DNA of 64,000 nt. Source: Methanobrevibacter sp. Lineage in GTDB: Archaea; Methanobacteriota; Methanobacteria; Methanobacteriales; Methanobacteriaceae. The translations under genes were made by a program, and so were the position numbers. Below are positions 60,269 through 64,000 of the stretch, piece after piece (within the stretch, counting starts at the first letter, position 1; the number at the start of each line of letters is the position of its first letter). The stretch is from positions 354 to 64,353 of the forward strand of contig JAFUCN010000063.1 of the NCBI GenBank assembly GCA_017459665.1. Reading direction: 5' to 3'. The notes below the pieces were generated by a model that saw only the letters and a list, made by a program, of their open reading frames with translations, had not been told where the DNA came from and ran no database searches.

Positions 60269-61131
60269 AATATCTTAATGTTTGATTCATTGATTAAGAT
60301 TTCACTGTTTGTTTTGTAGAGATAATCAATGAGATATGTTCTAAATGAACCTGTTCCTTCATCTTTTTCTTCAACTTTTGCTCTTGCTTTTTCACCAGCA
60401 ATATTCATGGCCAAAATTGCAACAAGAGTTCCTTCAAGAGGTTTTGAACCGCCTATGCAACTTCCAACGATTGATGATAACATACATCCGCTGCCAGTAA
60501 TTAAAGGCATCATATCATCTCCGTTATCAATTGCGATTGTAGTTTCACCATCACTTAAAATGTCTATAGGGCCGCTTGCAAGGATTGTTGTGTCTAATTT
60601 GTTTGCAAGTTCTTTAATAATCTCGCCATTTGCACTGAGGTTTTCTTCAGTTATAATGTCGTCTATATTAACATCCACGCCTTTTGCAGTATTATTTTCA
60701 TCAATAACTCCAACTAATTTTGCAATTGCTTTAATTTCACTGATATTTCCCCGAATTGCTGTTATTTTGTAGTTTTTAATTAAGTCTAATGTTGTTTTAT
60801 TTCTAAGGGCAGTAACTCCAACTCCAACTGGATCAAGTACTATGGGAGTATTTGTTTTATTCGCAACTTCTGCACTAATATTCATGGATTTTATTTGTTC
60901 TTTACTTAATTTTCCTATGTTAATTACAAGAACATCTGCTATTGTAACAACTTCTTCTAGTTCTTCAGCATCTTCTGCCATGAATGGTGATCCGCCAATT
61001 GCAAGAACTGCATTAGCACAATCATTTATGGTTACTGAATTGGTTATGCAGTGTGTTAAAGCATTTTTCTCTTTAATATTTGTTAAAGTTTCATCAATTT
61101 TATCCAACAATTCTTTTTCACTATTTATCAT
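60265..61131 (-). CDS. thiM: Hydroxyethylthiazole kinase
   Basis: HCITNSV, LDPVGVG, IRGNISEI, TGSGC. Confidence 0.96.
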   Translation of the reverse strand: MINSEKELLDKIDETLTNIKEKNALTHCITNSVTINDCANAVLAIGGSPFMAEDAEELEEVVTIADVLVINIGKLSKEQIKSMNISAEVANKTNTPIVLDPVGVGVTALRNKTTLDLIKNYKITAIRGNISEIKAIAKLVGVIDENNTAKGVDVNIDDIITEENLSANGEIIKELANKLDTTILASGPIDILSDGETTIAIDNGDDMMPLITGSGCMLSSIVGSCIGGSKPLEGTLVAILAMNIAGEKARAKVEEKDEGTGSFRTYLIDYLYKTNSEILINESNIKIL

Positions 61132-61247
61132 GATTATTAATTATAAATTTTTTAATATTTAAAATTTTAGTGATTAAAGCTATTTCATCGTAAAGTATTT
61201 AAATGACCTATCACATAAATTTAATTGTTCTATAATATTAACATGTT

Positions 61248-61321
<74 letters not shown>

Positions 61322-61436
61322 TTTAATTTATATGTTTAATATAAATTTTTTTAGATATTGTTGGAATTATAGTAACATTTATATAGATGTAACGTTATAT
61401 TATTATTAGTATGTTATCTGCATACTTATTGTGTGT

Positions 61437-61511
<75 letters not shown>

Positions 61512-61515
61512 TTAA

Positions 61516-61589
<74 letters not shown>

Positions 61590-61711
61590 TTTCAATTTAT
61601 TTATTTGAAATTCATCATATTTTTGGATAAAAACTATGATTTTCCAAAACATTTATATATGATGAAATCAAAAGTGATTGATAGTGTATAATATTCATAA
61701 TGGTGTTTCTC

Positions 61712-61783
61712 GCCTTGGTGGTGTAGGGGCTATCATGTGGGCCTGTCGAGCCCGCGACTCGGGTTCAAATCCCGGCCAGGGCG
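61712..61783 (+). tRNA. tRNA-Asp(GUC)
   Basis: Acceptor GCCTTGG/CCAGGGC, anticodon loop CTGTCGA. Confidence 0.96.
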
Positions 61784-61815
61784 CTTCAAATACATATGAA
61801 TATGATATATCATTT

Positions 61816-61889
<74 letters not shown>

Positions 61890-61932
61890 TTTCTAATTTT
61901 ATATTTTAAATTTTCTATTTGGAGGAAATAAT

Positions 61933-62166
61933 TTGAAAATTGATATTCAAGACCATATGCTTGTACCAAAGCATGAAATCATGACTGAAGAAGAAATTTC
62001 AGAAGAATTTAGTGATGTTGATTATGATTTTAAAGACCTTCCTAAAATAAGATCTGAAGATCCAGTTGTGAAAGCTATAGGTGCAGAACCTGGAAATGTT
62101 TTAAGAATAACTCGTGAAAGTCAAACTGCTGGGGTATTTATAACTTATAGAATTGTTGAAGGTTAA
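61933..62166 (+). CDS. rpoH: RNA polymerase subunit H (Rpo5)
   Basis: HMLVPKHE, LPKI..EDPV, ITRES.TAG..YR; TTG start with GGAGG. Confidence 0.96.
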   Translation: MKIDIQDHMLVPKHEIMTEEEISEEFSDVDYDFKDLPKIRSEDPVVKAIGAEPGNVLRITRESQTAGVFITYRIVEG

Positions 62167-62402
62167 TATCATTTTAATATAATTTTAGATTAGTGAAATT
62201 TAATATAGTATAATTTCTGTGTTTTTTTGTTTTTAGAAATTCATTATAATAAATTTGAACTTAGTTTGAGAGGAATTATCTTAAAGGAGATAGTTATGAG
62301 TAAATTAAGAATAATGATTAAATGAATTAGTTATAATTAGGTTTATCCTAATTTTTTAGTTTTATTATTATTTTTATTGCGTATGTAATGCGGAGGATAT
62401 CC

Positions 62403-63947
62403 ATGACAGAGAATAACTGGAAATTAGTTGATGCATTTTTTGATAAATATGATTTGGTGGATCACCATATTAAATCATACAACGATTTTGTAAACAATAG
62501 GATTCAAAATATCATTGATATCACAGAACCTATTACTCTAGATGATGGTAAATACACTTTAAAAACTGGTAAAGTCCGTATTGAAAAACCATCCAACAAA
62601 GAGGCAGACGGTTCTAGTAGTGAAATTGATCCTACTGAAGCTAGACTTAGAAATTTGAATTATTCTGCGGATATGTACCTTGAAATGGCATTAAATGAAG
62701 AAGGAGAAGATAATCCTTTAGAAGAAGTATATATTGGTGAATTACCTGTTATGCTTAAATCTGACATTTGCCATCTTAATGGTCTCAGTCCGGAAGAATT
62801 GATTGAAAAACATGAAGACCCTCAAGATTTAGGTGGTTACTTCATTGTTAATGGTTCTGAAAGAGCTGTTGTAACAATGGAAGAGATTGCTCCAAACAAA
62901 ATTATTCTTGAGCGTATTGATAATGTAGAAGACAGACATGCAAAAGCTGTTGTAACTTCTATTAAAAGTGGTTTCAGAGCTAGAATTACATTAGAATATA
63001 AAAAACCACGTAAAAATGGTGTATTTTTAAGAATTTCATTCCCATACCTTCCAGGAGAAATTCCATTAGTTATTTTATTAAGAGCTCTTGGTTTAAGTAC
63101 TGATGAAGAAATTATTACCGCAATTTCTGATGATAATAATTTCCAGATGATGATTGCAGACGATCTTCAGGTTTCATCAGAATCATTAAAATTAGACCAA
63201 AAAGAAATGGACGGTATGACTCTTGATGAGAGAAAAGAATACATGCAAACAGCTGCTATTAAATACATTGGTAACAGAGTAGCTAAAAACATGCCTAAAG
63301 ATTATCGTTTAAAACGTGCTAAGGATGTAATTAATCGTTATTTATTACCTCATATGGGTACTGAAGAAGATAGATGTTATGATAAAGCGATTTACTTAGC
63401 AGAAATGACTGAAATGTTATTAGAAGTAATTGAACAAAAAAGAGAACCTCACGATAAGGATCATTACACTAACAAAAGACTCAGAGTATCTGGTGATTTA
63501 ATGGAAGATTTATTCAGAGTAGCTTTCACTAATTTAACTAGAGATATGAGTTATCAACTTGAAAGAAGTCTTTCTAGAGGTAAAGACCTTTCTATTAAAC
63601 AGGCTGTTCGTAGTGATGTTTTGACTGAAAATATCAAACATGCTATTGCTACAGGAAACTGGGTTGGTGGAAGAGCTGGTGTAAGTCAGTTATTAGATAG
63701 GACAAGTTACATGGGTACACTTTCTCACTTAAGACGTGTTGTATCTCCATTAACCAGAAGTCAACCTCACTTTGAAGCAAGAGATTTGCACCCAACTCAA
63801 TTTGGTAAAATCTGTCCAAACGAAACTCCGGAAGGACCAAACTGTGGTTTGGTAAAGAACTTAGCTTTATTGTGTAATATTTCAGAAGGTTCAGATGAAC
63901 AAGAAATTATTGATGTAATTGAACAAATGGATGTTGAGTTGATTTAA
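62403..63947 (+). CDS. rpoB2: RNA polymerase subunit B'' (Rpo2N)
   Basis: GGYFIVNGSE, DKDHYTNKRL, CPNETPEGPNCGLVKN; GGAGG precedes ATG 62403. Confidence 0.96.
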   Translation: MTENNWKLVDAFFDKYDLVDHHIKSYNDFVNNRIQNIIDITEPITLDDGKYTLKTGKVRIEKPSNKEADGSSSEIDPTEARLRNLNYSADMYLEMALNEEGEDNPLEEVYIGELPVMLKSDICHLNGLSPEELIEKHEDPQDLGGYFIVNGSERAVVTMEEIAPNKIILERIDNVEDRHAKAVVTSIKSGFRARITLEYKKPRKNGVFLRISFPYLPGEIPLVILLRALGLSTDEEIITAISDDNNFQMMIADDLQVSSESLKLDQKEMDGMTLDERKEYMQTAAIKYIGNRVAKNMPKDYRLKRAKDVINRYLLPHMGTEEDRCYDKAIYLAEMTEMLLEVIEQKREPHDKDHYTNKRLRVSGDLMEDLFRVAFTNLTRDMSYQLERSLSRGKDLSIKQAVRSDVLTENIKHAIATGNWVGGRAGVSQLLDRTSYMGTLSHLRRVVSPLTRSQPHFEARDLHPTQFGKICPNETPEGPNCGLVKNLALLCNISEGSDEQEIIDVIEQMDVELI

Positions 63948-63956
63948 GGAGGTGAG

Positions 63957-64000
63957 ATGTTGTCTGATATTAAAAAACCTGTGTTAAATGAGAAAAAAGC
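63957..64000 (+). CDS. rpoB1: Start of probable RNA polymerase subunit B' (truncated by window edge)
   Basis: GGAGGTGA then an open frame MLSDIKKPVLNEKK; identity inferred from operon order only. Confidence 0.6.
   Translation, partial: MLSDIKKPVLNEKK

Overview
AT-rich archaeal chromosome window, most consistent with Methanobrevibacter (Methanobacteriales): split RNA polymerase B subunits, topoisomerase VI, KorDABC, a pseudomurein endoisopeptidase-like gene and an intron-less Thr-Pro-Tyr-Asp-Lys tRNA cluster. It begins inside a PeiW/PeiP-like endolysin gene, probably at a provirus right end, followed by a highly structured non-coding stretch. Next come a CsoR/P1B-ATPase/CopZ metal module with two matching palindromic operators, and the aIF1A-rio1-dim2-top6B-top6A locus interrupted by a ~4.6 kb decaying island (SAP-domain gene, two unannotated SWIM zinc-finger pseudogenes, two orphans, a P-loop ATPase). 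A nonulosonic-acid surface-glycan cluster follows, then a GT4/GT-C/DGGGP-synthase/inositol-phosphate-synthase cluster. The rest is central metabolism, cofactor and tRNA-modification genes, a type II R-M-like pair, five tRNAs and the start of the rpo operon. All calls come from reading motifs by eye; no database search or folding calculation was run.
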